NCBI GenBank assembly: GCA_021613535.1 | Contig: CP075495.1 | Location: 11,470,001-11,534,000, forward strand | DNA: 64,000 bases | Source of the DNA: Adineta vaga | Lineage: Eukaryota; Animalia; Rotifera | Direction: 5' to 3' | In this document: positions 14,921 through 29,158 of the stretch, in pieces | Layout: each line of letters starts with the position of its first letter | Numbering within the stretch: the stretch's first letter is position 1 | Position numbers and translations under genes: made by a program | The notes under the pieces: model-generated | Databases searched by the model: none | What the model saw: only the letters and a program-made list of their open reading frames with translations | Told to the model about the DNA's origin: nothing

Positions 14921-17900
14921 TTATTTCCGTATTGGTTTGCCTAAACTCGGAGTACTATGACTTGTTTTAGCCATTAGTTTTATTTTCATTTGTTCAGATT
15001 TTTTTCTTGATGGTGTTAATAATGATGATGGTGTATGATAATTTTGTAAAGGTAAATAATTAACACCATCAGGAATAGTATGAGAAGCTTCTCTTGTCCA
15101 TTGGTCATGTCCATTATTACGAACTAATTCCAAATATCTTGTAAACATTTGATGACGATCAATAAAACGGAAAGCAATTCCAAATGTTGATTCATTAATT
15201 GAATCGATATGTAATATAGTTAATGTTCGATATTCATTCATATCAAATGGAGTTACAAAACGACGATCAGCACCAATATAAAGATAAATATCTTCGACAA
15301 ACCAGGAATAGATCGGTGTTTGTTGATCCGATAATATCGTATTTGAAGTTAATAGAGATTCTTTTCGTTGAAGACTATTTTGTGTTGATGAATTTGTAAA
15401 ACGTGATTTCCATTTCATTGTTTTCTCATTCGATATTCGATGAATTTGAAGCTAAAGAATAAAATTTCCCGAAAAAAAGAAAAATTCGTACATCTCAAAT
15501 TATTTTCTATATCTTACATTTCGTTTTTCGTATGACCATATACATGGTATCCAACGTTTACTAACAAAATCAAAATATTCACATTCAATCGATGATAAAT
15601 CAAGTGGTTGTATATGTTGTTGTAGTTGTTGTTGTTGTAAACGTTCTTTTTCAAATTGTACATAATTTAATTTTACAACAAATGTTGCTTGTCGATTTAA
15701 TTCTTGTGGTAAATAAGTACGATAACGATTTAAAACATTTGAAATATTTTCCGATGAATACATTGGTCGTTCAAGATTTTGATCAATAATAACTTCGAAC
15801 AAAGCCCAAAAAAAACAATCATGTTTATGAATTTGTTTTAATATTTTATCAATAACAATTTCAGCTGTTGTCTCTTGTTCAAGAATATTAATTGCATAAC
15901 CATTTAATTCATCAGCACGAGATTCGAAATAAACAGAAACCATTGTTCCATTTAGTTTACGTGGTTGACATTGATTATTTCGAAGTGATATTAATGTTTC
16001 GACACATTTTCTTTCATGTTCTATTTCTTCATTACTTATATTGAATAATTCACGATAATATTGACAAAGATTGTTCATGATCTCAAGATCAGCTTGAATC
16101 GATGGTGTTACACGAGCATAAGATGATGAAAATGGAAAACGTGATGGTGGAGACGTTGACATCATTGAAACACGATTGGCTAAATGAAATAAAGATAAAC
16201 AAATGATTGATGAACTTTATTGTTCTAGAAACTCTCAAATCAACGTAGTACATATTCGAGTATAACTCAATTTCAAAAAGAAGAACACAATTCATCCTTA
16301 CATTGTAATGATTGGTTTCGTTTCAATTTTCCTGGCGATGATGTATTTACTAAGAGTCCAACTGAATCTTGTGTTTCACTTTCATATAAAGAACCATTGT
16401 CATCTTGATTTTTCGGATGATTCATATCTATATCATCTAATGACATTCCACGTCGATCACGTGATTCATTTGTATGTGAATTTGTTACTGAAGTTGATGC
16501 CTGTATTGGTGGTGGTGCTATCGGTTGTGAAATAATGCATGGTGCAAATGTTGAAACAAGGTTTGATAAAATCATCGCATTCTTATCGGATAACATTGAT
16601 ACAGTTTGAATATGTAGTAGCATTTTTCTTAATGTTGCATAATGTACTGGATAGTTTTGTTTTAAATCAACAAGTAAACCACGATAATATTGAATAAGTT
16701 GTTCAGGTGTGATACTAGGATCGACAGTTGAACGTAACCATGCATCATAATTTTGACGTGTACCCAATAGAGGAGTTTCTAATTGACGAAGGAAACGTTT
16801 TAATCCATTAGCAACATCATGTTCCGTATAATTTTCTCGTGTTAAAGAAGTATTAAATGGATCATCAAGAAATTCATTGAGTAATTGTTTGATTTTTGTT
16901 TCTTGTCCAGCTTGACGATAAATACCTGAATAAAGCAAAACAAGAATATTTTTATTCTTTCCGATTGAAATTAATCTTAGACACCATTTAATATCAGAAT
17001 ACTTTACCTTTACTTTCTAATCCATGTTCGAAAATAAAATTAATAAATCTTTCCACAAGAACAGGTACATTTTGTGATGTTAAGTTTTGACAATTTAAAT
17101 CCGTTAATGTTTTGACTTTTGTTGCTTCACGTAAACATGAATATAACATATCGGTTAGTTTTGATATTGGTGACGATAAATATAAAAATCGATTGGAAAC
17201 AAGACAAAGAACTACACCAATAAATTCTTCACTTTTTTGATAAGCTAAACAAAAGAAACGGTAGTATGAACCAAAGTAAAAAATACAAAATATATTTACT
17301 TAAACTACAATATTTCCTTAAATCAACTTCATCGAATATCGTATCTGAACAAATAACAAATCTTCCAGGATAAACAATAGCAATAGCTTGTTGTTTTTCG
17401 GCATTGATTCCTTCTTGTACATTTAATTTTGTCAGAAGAATAAAATCTGAATAAATCAATTGATGATAAGAATATTGTCGTTTTAATAATTCTCGTATCC
17501 ATAATGCACGTTCAAGTTCATTTGGAAATATCCAAAAATATTCATTGAATGATGTTTGTTCATCAACAATTAAAACACATTGACTATTTGTATTCATTGT
17601 TGGTAGATTTGTTGAACGAGATTTGATGGAAATTGAATTGACAGATTGATTACAAACAGCAAGAACATTATTTAAATCGATTTCAAATAAATATCGAATA
17701 TTTGATTGATGATGATGATGAATTTTATCCAATGCATTTGGAAGTGAGAATATTTTCACACGATCACTTTCATAACGAGTTAAAAATTCTTTTAATATAC
17801 CATGTTTAGTTACTAAATGTACATTTGCTTCGTATGATGGAAGATTAACATCATCAGTATCACTTTTCATTAAATCAAATTCCGATAAACCTAAAATAGA

Positions 17901-19883
17901 ACGATCGAAATTTTCAATTAAATACTTCATTTTCGAATTAATCTTTTTTTTAAATTTATATATACCTCCATTTGCTAAAATAATCTTCATTTGTTTTAGT
18001 TGTTGATGTCTTTTAGCATGATCAGCTACAGCAAACATTTTCTGTGAATAATTTGCATTTGCTCCTAACATAATTAAATGTACAGTCTTTCCACAATCAG
18101 GTGTTTCAACATTTTCATAGAGCATTTCATTAAGTTCATCTTGTGTAAATTTATTTCGATTATTGATTTGTAATGGTTGAAGATAAAGTTTATCGAGATA
18201 TTTTTTTCTTATATACTGTTCACGTTCGATTTGTGTGGCTATATAAGTTGGTTTTAATATTCCGAGAGAATGATTTTCTAATAATCTATTGAAATAATGA
18301 TTTCCATAATCATGTAATAGATCAATTAGATCAGAATCACATGCTGTACTCATTAGAGATTGTTGAGAAAGAAATTCGGATGTTAAATGATGATGAGCAA
18401 CTGAAAAACAAATATTATGATGGAGAATGAACGAGGAGAAGATGCGTATTTACCAGCACATTTTTCACATATAACTAAAAGCCATGATGTAATTGCAATT
18501 GTAGGATTTTCACAATCACAATCTGCACATCGAATATTACTTAAATTTTGTCGAACAATATCGAGATAATTCGATGTTTTATCTAAATATAACAAGAAAT
18601 TGAAATCAAGAAATCTCATTAAATATCAATCATACCGCGTCGAGTTGGAATAAGACTATTTTCGATCGATGTATTTGAAAATTCATCAGCTAGAGAAGAA
18701 ACAAGTGGTTGTTTATCGTCTACTGGTTCGATTGAATAGCTAAAAATAAATATTAATTTCTTCTTTAGGTTTTCATTGATGTAATTATATATGTACTAGT
18801 TTTTTCCGTCATCCTTCTTTATTGATCTAGAGGATTGGTATTGTTGTTGCTGTTGCGTTGTAACTTGCTGTTTAATGACTCGATTTAATTTTGAAATGAA
18901 CAGATCTTTTTCTTCATTCGTATTTACAAGTTTTTCACGTTGCTAAAAGAAGAGAATACATTGTTGGAATTTTCGTTACATCAAATCAATCTACCTGAAA
19001 TCGATTTACGATCATGACTGAATACAAACACACAAAATAGCGAGCGATAAAACGAATCTTATTAATCAACGCAATATGGTCTTTGCATTCTTTTTTGACT
19101 CATGATTTCTGTTCTTTTTCTTTTCATTCTATCGTGTAAAAATATCAATAGTATTCATTCGTACATTTTTTTCTTTGGTATTTGATGAATAGATTCTCAT
19201 TTAACAGGAGGGTAGAATGATAGTATGCCTTACCGGAATCGTTTGTTGAATTGGATATGAATAATAAATTTCATTATTGGCTGAAATATCGTTCGATAAA
19301 TCTGGTACGGAATCAAGTGAAACATTTGGAACATCTTCACTATCATCAAATGATAGATTAGTTTCTAATACAAAATTTTTAGCAAAAGTCGGTGGACTGG
19401 CGTAGAATTGAGTAGTATCTGAACCATTGGGTGGAGTTGATGGATTATTAGTTTCTGAGGTAATCGTAGAAGCATTCGAAGTATCACATATTGGATGATG
19501 TTCCTCACGAGGCAGTACATAGAAATCATCATTTTCCGGATGATTTAATGGAATTAATTGATTTACATATGAAGTGGAATGTTGTTCAATTTGTTGAGGA
19601 GTTGGATAAATGTTTACATTGATATCGTTCAATGGATCTATTATACAAAACGTTTTTTTTTAGCTTGAAATGAACGAAGAAGACTCAATTAATGTGTTGG
19701 TTATTCTTTACCATCGAGTGGCACTGTATCATCGAGACCAAGATATACAGATGTTGCATCGGGAGGTGTTGGTGGTAGTCTCTTTTTTAATTTCATCTTC
19801 GTTCGAGATTGTGGTGTTGGTCGATTGAGATGAAGTATATTAGAGAGACGAGGCTCACTCGGTATATCATATGATTCGTTCAT
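14921..19883 (-). CDS. ARAP/centaurin-delta-like protein (ArfGAP zinc finger, ankyrin-like, PH-like, RhoGAP, RA-like)
   Basis: CADC-x16-CEKC ArfGAP finger. RhoGAP VPVLVERFINFIFEHGL..GIYRQAG..HDVANGLKRFLRQL..NLVSTFAP. RA-like WALFEVIIDQNLERPM. Confidence 0.85.
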
Positions 19884-20448
19884 CTAGAGAAAAACAATGA
19901 GAAGTCAAGATTAAGATGAAATTATTATCAACGAATAATATCTATTTTCTCTTCAAGGTTACACTGATTTATAGTTACAAATATCGACATTTCATATTAA
20001 ATGTGTCAAGTAAAACCGTCTAGCCGAATCAACAATATTGATTTTGACATCCAAATATCAAGTTAAAGACAAAACAAGAATAATCATTCTCAAATTTCTT
20101 AACACTTACAATAATTTCTTGTTTTGAAATCAAAAACTTGCAATTGAATAGAACAATTGATAAGACAAGAAAAGAAAAAACAGAACAATGTTATATATCA
20201 ATGATCGATCGATCATATCATATCGAACAAAAATAAGAAAAAAAGAATCATGACTCATCATGTGAGAACACATGTGGCGACACATATGAAGAATTTTTAT
20301 TCGTAAAAATATTCAGACCATTGACAGGAGTTTTTCTTTTGAAGAAATTTATTTTCCTTTCCATGAGATCTATTTCAGGGTCTTTTCCTTGTTTTATTAT
20401 TTTAATTTTCTATTAATCTAGATGTATAACTAATCATATATATCGAAT

Positions 20449-23400
20449 ATGTCGCATGCACCAATAAAAAAAAGTGTTTTCGATCGTATTGGAGGAAATT
20501 CATCATCACCTTCTGGAGCAGCAAATACTAATAACAAAAGTGTTAGTTAAAACTAATATGTGATTTATTTTGATGTTTCAAATAAATCTTATGTTTATTT
20601 TTAGACACATGGTTTCTGTAATGCTTTTATAAAAACTGGAACCTGTCCATTAGGAGATACGTGTAAATTTATTCACGAACAACCAAAGTAACTATTAGTT
20701 TATTGAAATTAATTGTTTATTTGTTTGTTTTTTTTCTTAGTTTCGATAAACAACCAGGACTGAACGAAGAATTTCGTATTACAAAAGTATTTTTCAAATA
20801 TTTTATTTCATTTGATATACATACGAAGTGTATTGTTTTCTTTCAGACAATAACAAGAGTTATAGACATGTCATCTTCACCAATCAAAAGTACAGTTACA
20901 GTATCAAATGAACAACGACCTGTAGTTATTTCAAGTTGTATTCAATCGAATCGTACTGTTGTTGAAAGTGTTACAACATCGACTGATCAGCCTGGTAAAA
21001 GAAAAGTTTTTTTTTCCGAAAACTAAATTATAACTTCAAAAATGATTTGTTTTTATTTAATTAGATCGTCGTTTAAGTAGTAGCAGTAATGATCGTAAAC
21101 AAGTAAGCAAGATCTTTCTTCTTATTATATTCCACATCATTTTTCTTTAGTCGGAAAGTCGTTATTCCAATTTAAAAACAAAATCTTCATCAAATTCAAT
21201 TGAATCGTCGAAGAAAAAATCTCATTCATCTTCTCGTGAAAATCGTCAGTCATCCAATAAAAAACAACGAACTACAGAAAGGTAATATTTACATTACAAA
21301 AACTTTTAAATCATTGTTTTGTTATACTTTGTTTATAGTGATTCATCGATTAGTTCAACATCTGATTCCGAATATGCTCATTCATCATGTAAATATAAGA
21401 AAAAATCCAATCATTCCAGTTCATCAAAACGTAAAAAACCTGAACCAATCTCTCCGTTAAATCATGAAGAAGAAGAAACTCTCAATGATCAATTATTACG
21501 ACAAACTCAATCCTATAATCGATCTCCCAAACGAACAATTGTTATAACAAAAACAAAAGAAGATGAGAATACAAAACAAACAAACAAAGATTCGAAAAAT
21601 AAATCTGTACCAGAAATTGAATTTCTTGGATCGAAAAAAATCAAACCAGAAAAGAAATCCGTAGAAACAATACATCAACAAGCAGAAAATAATAAAAAAT
21701 CTAAAGATGTCAAACGAGAAAAGAAATCACCGAGTAAATCAATATCCGATCAGCAAAGACGGCATTCATCATCCACAAATACTAGTAGTACAAGTATTAA
21801 TGAGAGAAATCTACAAATCAAAGCTGAAGATGCCAACTATCGATCAAATAAAACTCAGTAAGTCCTTTTTTCTTAATTTTATTTCTCAAATAGTTCTTGT
21901 TAAAACCATTCATCGATTCGATATTTGTATTTACTTTTAGAAACTCATCCGAACAATACGAACGATCTAACCAAAGTATGTTCGTCATTATTTCAATTCT
22001 ATCTTTTTTAAATTTCAATTATTTCTTGTCGTAGATGTATCAGAATCGACTCCTTCTATTGTTCGACTCTCACACACACCTCCAATTCAAGGGACATCAG
22101 AAATATCAGAAAAAGGATCTATTGAACTGCCACTTGACACTGAAAAATCCCATACTATTCAACCATCATCGCCTATTTGTGTTATTCTTGATGATGATTC
22201 AAGTCCAGCACCGTCAATTGATAAAAAAGATGTTCGACAAACATCAACAACGCCAATCAAAAAGAGTAATGAAACGGAAAAGACGAGTTCCTCCAAATCA
22301 AGTAAACGAACTCGAGATGGAGATAAAAGTCAAAACAAAGATAAAACAAGTGATAGTGTCGAATCGAAACGCAAACGATTAAGTGATGGTATATTTATTT
22401 TTCTTAATTTGAAGTCTTACAATCAAATGTTTCTGTTTAGGTAGCTCAAAAAAAGTAATCTCAAATAGTAAAACAAGGAACGAGAGTCGTTCGACAAATA
22501 GTCGGTTAGTAGAAGAATGAATTTCTTATCCAATAGTTGTTTCTTTTTACTAAATATTCATTTAGATCGGACGCTCATCGTAGTGTAAATACGTCCTCAA
22601 GAGATGAATCATCTAGTCGAAAACATAAAGAAAAATCAGAATTGAAACCTAGTCGAAGTAACGATTCGAAAGATCATAATTCAACTAAATCACGAAGTAA
22701 TCATACTCGACCTGATACAACACGATCTCCATCAGAAAAAAAGTAATGAAAATCTCTTGCATATTGAATTCGTAACATAGCCTATTCTTTAGAAGATCCA
22801 TCCATCATCGTGGAAAAGAAAAAGGTAAAAATTTGAAAAGTCTTATAGAAAAATAGTATTTATTTCATAAAGATTTAGAAAATGTCACTGATTCTGAAGA
22901 ACATTTTGACGAACTTGCTGTTCCAAAACAAAGTAAGTCTTTCTCGATGATGATTAGCATTTCTCCAAAAGCAAATAATCTATTTGTTTCTAGCGGCAAT
23001 TGAAGCCTATATCGCTATGGATTGGTCATTATTATCTCGTGATAAACGTATTCCATTAAATTCTCAAGTTACATCGCGTATTGCTCGTATAAATAATAAC
23101 GATAATCTGTTCTGTGTTTCTGACCGTTTATTGACAAATGAACAAAAAGAAAAATTACAAGGATTAGACTTTCAATCGTTACCATTAACTCACTATATGA
23201 AACAATTACAATCCAAATCCAAATCACAAATTGTTAATTCGTGTTATCAAAGATTTGGTTCTTGTGCAAAAGATATGATTGAAATGAGACATAAATGGTT
23301 CACTAGTTCGGTAAGAATATACATATATATATATTTATATTAGTTTTCATTTTTTTTACTGATATTAGATTGAACCAGTTCAACGATATGAATTTATCAA

Positions 23401-23524
23401 TAAAGAACATTTTCTAGCATATCAACAAGCAATCAATTCTTTATTAGATAAAACGTCCATTGATCCTTCAACTGTACAAATTGAAACAGCAACAACAACA
23501 GCAGCTGATATTATGTTATCATAA
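20449..23524 (+). CDS. ZC3H13: CCCH zinc-finger protein, ZC3H13/Flacc-like (m6A writer complex scaffold)
   Basis: N-terminal KSVFDRIG followed by CNAFIKTGTCPLGDTCKFIH matches the ZC3H13 arrangement (SVFERLG + CCCH). Long Ser/Arg/Lys-rich middle and a C-terminal DWSLL segment. Many small exons. Confidence 0.72.
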
Positions 23525-24040
23525 TAAAGACTGTGTTCTGTGTTATCATTTTATATTTGTCTTGTGTTTTATTTCGATGTATTTGTTATCTCGAATAAAT
23601 CATTTATATATTCGATCAAATCCAATGATAATTCCATTGGACAGAAAAACAAATAAATTTCTTACGAAAATATAATTAAAACAGAACTCGTATGTATAAA
23701 CAAAATGAGAATACTTACAGTTCGAGAAAACAATCTTTCGATAGAGTAGAGGAGAGATGTATTACTGAACACTGCTAATTTCCATGCATACACAATTTAT
23801 CTCTTTAGTCCAACAATTCTTGTTGAGTTGAAACAAAGAAAATCAAATGAATTTCCAAATTGTAAAGATGAATATTGATTCGATCATAATATTGTATACC
23901 CACTTCTTGAATTCGAAATCAACTAATTTTTATTTCAATTTAAAAAGAAATCTAATTGAACATGTATGTATCGCAAGTATAGAACGAATTTAAAAATACA
24001 AAGAAAATAAACATATTCCACATATAAATCAGACAAATAT

Positions 24041-24587
24041 TTAAACATCTTGTACATTATTTCTATGTTCTCGTTGTTTTCGTTTTTTATATTCTTCTAA
24101 TTCACGTTCCCATTCAGGTAATAATTTATCAACCATATCCCAATAATTACTCTGAACAAAAATGAAATCGATGAAAATGAAAAAGAAAATGAATTTCTTA
24201 CTTTCAATGTAGAAAATTTTCGATCCTCAGCGTGTTGTAGATGTGCATCAATTTCACGATTTAATTTTTTTATCGACTAGAATAGATGAAATCGTCAACA
24301 CGTTTATGAATTGATTATAGTTTTACTTTCAAGAGATTTTCATTTCGTAGTCGAGCTTTTTCAACTGATGACATAAATAACGTTTCATCATTTTGTTGTA
24401 ATGATTTTGGTAATTGAATTATGGATGAATCAAGTAAAGATTGTCGTTCATGTTTACTAAATCGAAAAACAAAAATTTTCAGACATGACTTATTCATCTT
24501 TATTTTTACATACATATATGTTCGTTTTAGATCTAGTTCTGTTGATTCTGCTTGATATTCATTTCCTGGTCCAAATTTTTTCAACAT
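24041..24587 (-). CDS. CEP15: Small coiled-coil protein, CEP15/C3orf14-like
   Basis: Four exons give ...VEKARLRNENLLKSIKKL...KSNYWDMVDKLLPEWERE, resembling the C3orf14 motifs (RN..LLK.I and YW..V....P.WE) as recalled. Confidence 0.65.
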
Positions 24588-25103
24588 AATTGAAAAGAAG
24601 AACGTCGATTTGATTTGAAGAACAATAAATTACACCATGAATTGTACTTTTCACATGGTAACAATTTAAAGGTTTTTGCAAAGAAATTATACTGACCTCT
24701 ATCGATTCATCGTCTCCATGTAAATTGATGATGATAAATCTTCCTATACTATAAGTCACAATCTTTTGCTTTTATGCAAATTACATCAATTAAGTTATAA
24801 CATTGAATATGTTCGTTTCAAATAATTCTCAATATAGAAAATAAGATTTATAAATCAATCAAATGTTTGTCATTATTTTACATACTACTGCTAATTCAAT
24901 CATAAAGAACATAAACATGAATATTCATATAGTATTTGTGGCAAAGTTTTACTCAATGACATTGGCAGATGTTTTTCATATGGATTGATTTTCTTATTCG
25001 CGAAATTATAAATTTAATACATACAGAAAAGTTTAATAATTTCAAAACAAAATACAATGAGAACAAATGGAATGATATCATATAAGAAAGATAAATATGC
25101 AAA

Positions 25104-28100
25104 TTAGACATCAGTTTGTGATGTTGAAATTTGATTGTTTGGATAATGTCTAATCATTTCATCTTCTTCGTGATGATATTCATAATTACATTCATGATGA
25201 ACACGTCCAAATTCTAATTGTCGTTGAGTATTAATTGTTATACCAATCATATTTCTATATGTTTTTAAAAGAAAGATTTCAATTCGAGATATTGAATTTA
25301 GTAAATTCAGATTACATACTCAATCATTTTGATGCGAAGAATTTCTCGAAAACCAATATTTAATGTTTCAGATTCTGTCTTGGCTGTAATTAAAAATTCC
25401 GTAAAAGCAATAAAACACGAGAGAATAATTCCGAATAGAAAGATATAAAAAAGTCCTGTTACACTTGAAAGGCTCAATTCACTAAAACGTTTATCTTGTG
25501 TATTTTTTGAACATTCTGAACGATCATACCTAGAAAACCATGAACAAATCTATAGTATCAAATTCACAAATTAGAATTAAAAACATACCACCAACGTTGT
25601 TTAAGCTTATCTAAAAATCCTGATTCTCGAAGATTAGTAATAATAATATCGATTGCTTCTGTTAAATCTGAACCCAATCTTGTTGCTATACCATAACCTT
25701 TCGAGTCAAGTTCAGAACCAACTTTCATTGTGTCACATGGTAATCTTTCATTCACATATTCATTTTTTGTTGATCTAAATGAAAATAAATGATGAAATTA
25801 TTTATGTAATCAATCAATTCGTTTTCTACATACTCAATAAAAAATGCATATTTTCCTTTTGAACTTCGTACTTTTGCTACGCCTTCATCATTTGTTCCAA
25901 CGAATACTTCAGAAGAACTTCTCTGCATCATTGCCCACATATCTTGATAAGCAGTAATATTTGATTTTTCAAAAAATGCTGCCGTAGTTCCATTTCTTAA
26001 TGATCCATATTTAATTTCATGTTGTTTAGCTAGAAAACAAAATAATGATTATTTTCGTAACAATGAAAATACTCACCAAGATCTTCTACAGTTTCAATTG
26101 GTGTAACTAATTTTTCCACAGTTAGAAAAGCAACAAGATTGGCTGTGTAAGATGAAACAAAGATTAACGAAAAATACCACCAGGATATGGCTGCAATTCG
26201 ACCAGAGAAAGATTTTGGTACAAGATTAATTGATTGTCTCATAAAAGATGCAAATGAAAAGAAAAGTGCATTGGATATGCCAAATAAATGAACAGCTTCT
26301 CCATTATTCTCTTCAATTTGTTTTTTTCTTTTTCGATTTTTATTTGGATTAAAATTTGGCGTTTGTTGTAAAGGAAATCTTGTTCGATGACGTGAACGAC
26401 GTCGTAACGATGCGCGTGCTGAGACAGTTAATTCAACTGATTGTTCCGAAAGAAGAGAATCTCGTTTTTGACGTTGTAAATGAATTTCACTTTTACGTCG
26501 ATCATTAACACTTTTTGGATAAGAATATGAACGATAAGATGGTCGTCGAACGATACGTCGTCGCCATCCACTATTCACAAGACATGATGTTAGAAAAAGA
26601 ACAACACTAACAGCAAAATAGGATAAAGAAAAACATAACCAAATTTCCATTGAAACTGGATTCATAAAGGAAAAAACACCTGGTTTCTGAGCATCAGGCT
26701 TACGAATCATAACAGAAATACCTAACAAAAAAAAGAATCAAAGTAAAGTAATTAAGAAACAAAAATATTTATTCTTTTCGGAAAAAAATTAACTTACCCA
26801 AATTCATGAATGGTTTACTAAAATCAACGACTTCCATTCGTTTTTGACTAATCGTTAAAGGTGCAATAGCCATATCAGCTTTTCGTGAAACAATTTCACC
26901 AACCATTCCTAAAAATAAAATGATAATTATCAAACAGATCAAGAGAAAAAGTAATATCTGATAGAAGCAATCCAATTCAAATGAAATTTACCATTCCAAA
27001 TTTCTGTTGTTGCATTTTTACTTCCAAAATTTCCATCTGGTACAATACGAAATTGACATGTTATATTCAAAACTGAGCAGACTTCTCTTGCTAAATCTAC
27101 ACAATAACCTTCTAAATCATCAAAACTAAATATCTGACCACGTAATTCGATTAAATTTGGTTGTATTCGAGTATTATTTCCATAAAAATTTGTCTGCCGA
27201 CGTAACATAAGAAATGGTTCATCAAATATACTTGTAATATAGTAAATTTTTGATGATAATGGTTTCTTTTTCATTAATGAATCATTATGTTCATCTATTT
27301 GACATGATTGATAAACATTGGTTAACATTGAATAACGTCCAACGAGTTCAATTTGTTTTTGATAGCGATTTATCGATGATTTGCTTGTTGAAAATACATT
27401 AATATCAGCATAATTACAATTCATCGATCGATTTATTATTTCTTTTAAACGATATGTTCGACAATCGAAAAAATTTGATGTTAAGATTTGAATGACTAGA
27501 TTTAATGAATCAAATAATGGACGTGAATAAAGTTGAGTAGACTTTGGTAGATGAGATAGGAAATATGAATATGTAAAAAATTCTTCATTTCTATTGATAT
27601 GATTATCACATAAATTTAATATTGAATTTGTTTTATTGAATAAAGATGAACTATTTGTTGATAGATTTGAAGTTGCATTTAACGTCTTATCGACATCAGA
27701 ATCATGACGAAATGATAAAGTTGATCGATAATATGATGAAGAACGTTTCACAGATGAAGTTGATGGTATATGTGGTGTTGTAGTCATATGTGATGATTGA
27801 GGATAATCAAGATTACAATTACGTTGTTGATAATCGAAATAAATTAATAAACCTGTAAAATTTAATCGATTCATCCATAGACATGCATCGAATGTCGATA
27901 CAATAATATAATGATAGAAATTACTAGTCAGTCCTATAAAACAAGAAAAGATCAATTAGATAATATGAACTATTCGTTTGAAGATTTAATATTCGAAGCT
28001 AGTTGAATAATATTGACGAGATTAGATTTAATCAAATAGTTGAATTCTCTGAGGAAAATAGATTTCAACTTAATTCTATACTGAATTTAATAACATGAGC

Positions 28101-29158
28101 TATAAGATGTCATTTTCTAAGTTTTATAATATGATATATGATCAAATTCTAGAATTGAGAAGACATTCGTATATATTTCTTTTTTTCTTAAGAGGATCGT
28201 CAGTACATATATTTATACTCTTCAAAACTGGGACGAGTAGATCATATCTTTTGTTCTTTCGATCTTATACGAGAAAATGAGATTATATCTACTTGATAAA
28301 GATCTCTCGAATAGTAGTGAACATATGTTTTAGAGTAATCAGACTCTGAAAACTTCGCATTTGTCTATGAAATCATGGAAGAAAATCAATAATACAAACC
28401 CATATGTGAAATTTTATCAAACATTTTTTCATAATTATCATAGGAATGAAGATCAAGTAGAACATATCTTGGTACTTGATCTTTATGTAAAGAATGTGAT
28501 TCAATACTATATAACAATGAATAAACATCATCATAAATTGTTGTACGTATATCTAATATAAAATCATCGAAATATTCATCATAATTCATAAGTTTTAATA
28601 AGTCATAAATTAGATGTGTAGATTCTTCATTATCATAGATGTAAATTGCTCTATGCACATGATTAAATTTTAAATAATTAAATAAAACTCGAAGAATATT
28701 CGGCATAAAAAAGTATTCGTGAGCAAAAGATCTAAAGATAAATATAATGAAATGAATTTTAAAGCAAAAGAAATCTCTACGAATACGAACGCTGTTAATG
28801 AACATAGCATTGTTTTACTACCAAATGATTTCATATTAATAAATGGAATATGATTGATTTCACAAAAATCTTGAATTAATTGTGTAGATAATTTTGTTGT
28901 ACGTGTAATGTATATATTGGTTAGAAATTTGTCTGACTCAAGTTTATTGAGAAGATTTGGAAGAGATTTTGATGTATTGATCCAATACAATTGTAAATAG
29001 GAATTTGTTTGACTACAAAATGTTCGATTAGGTATTTTGATTCTAGTTATCTCTTTTGAATTCATATTGTCATCAATAATTCCAATTCGAATTGTTGATT
29101 GACAAGTAGTAAAATATACAAGTGAAAAAATAAGATACAAAATATGATGAGACAACAT
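25104..29158 (-). CDS. Ionotropic glutamate receptor, AMPA/kainate-like subunit
   Basis: Signal peptide, divergent ATD, S1 EGYCVDLA and [32 protein letters not shown]2 FMRQ, M3 [14 protein letters not shown]2 KYAFFIESTKNEY and [19 protein letters not shown]4, and C-terminal -QTDV*. Confidence 0.96.

Noticed and set aside
25104-29158. Possibility that the receptor is the bdelloid AvGluR1 type with a K+-channel filter
   Set aside because: There is no TxVGYG signature; the pore is FMRQ, AMPA/kainate-like.
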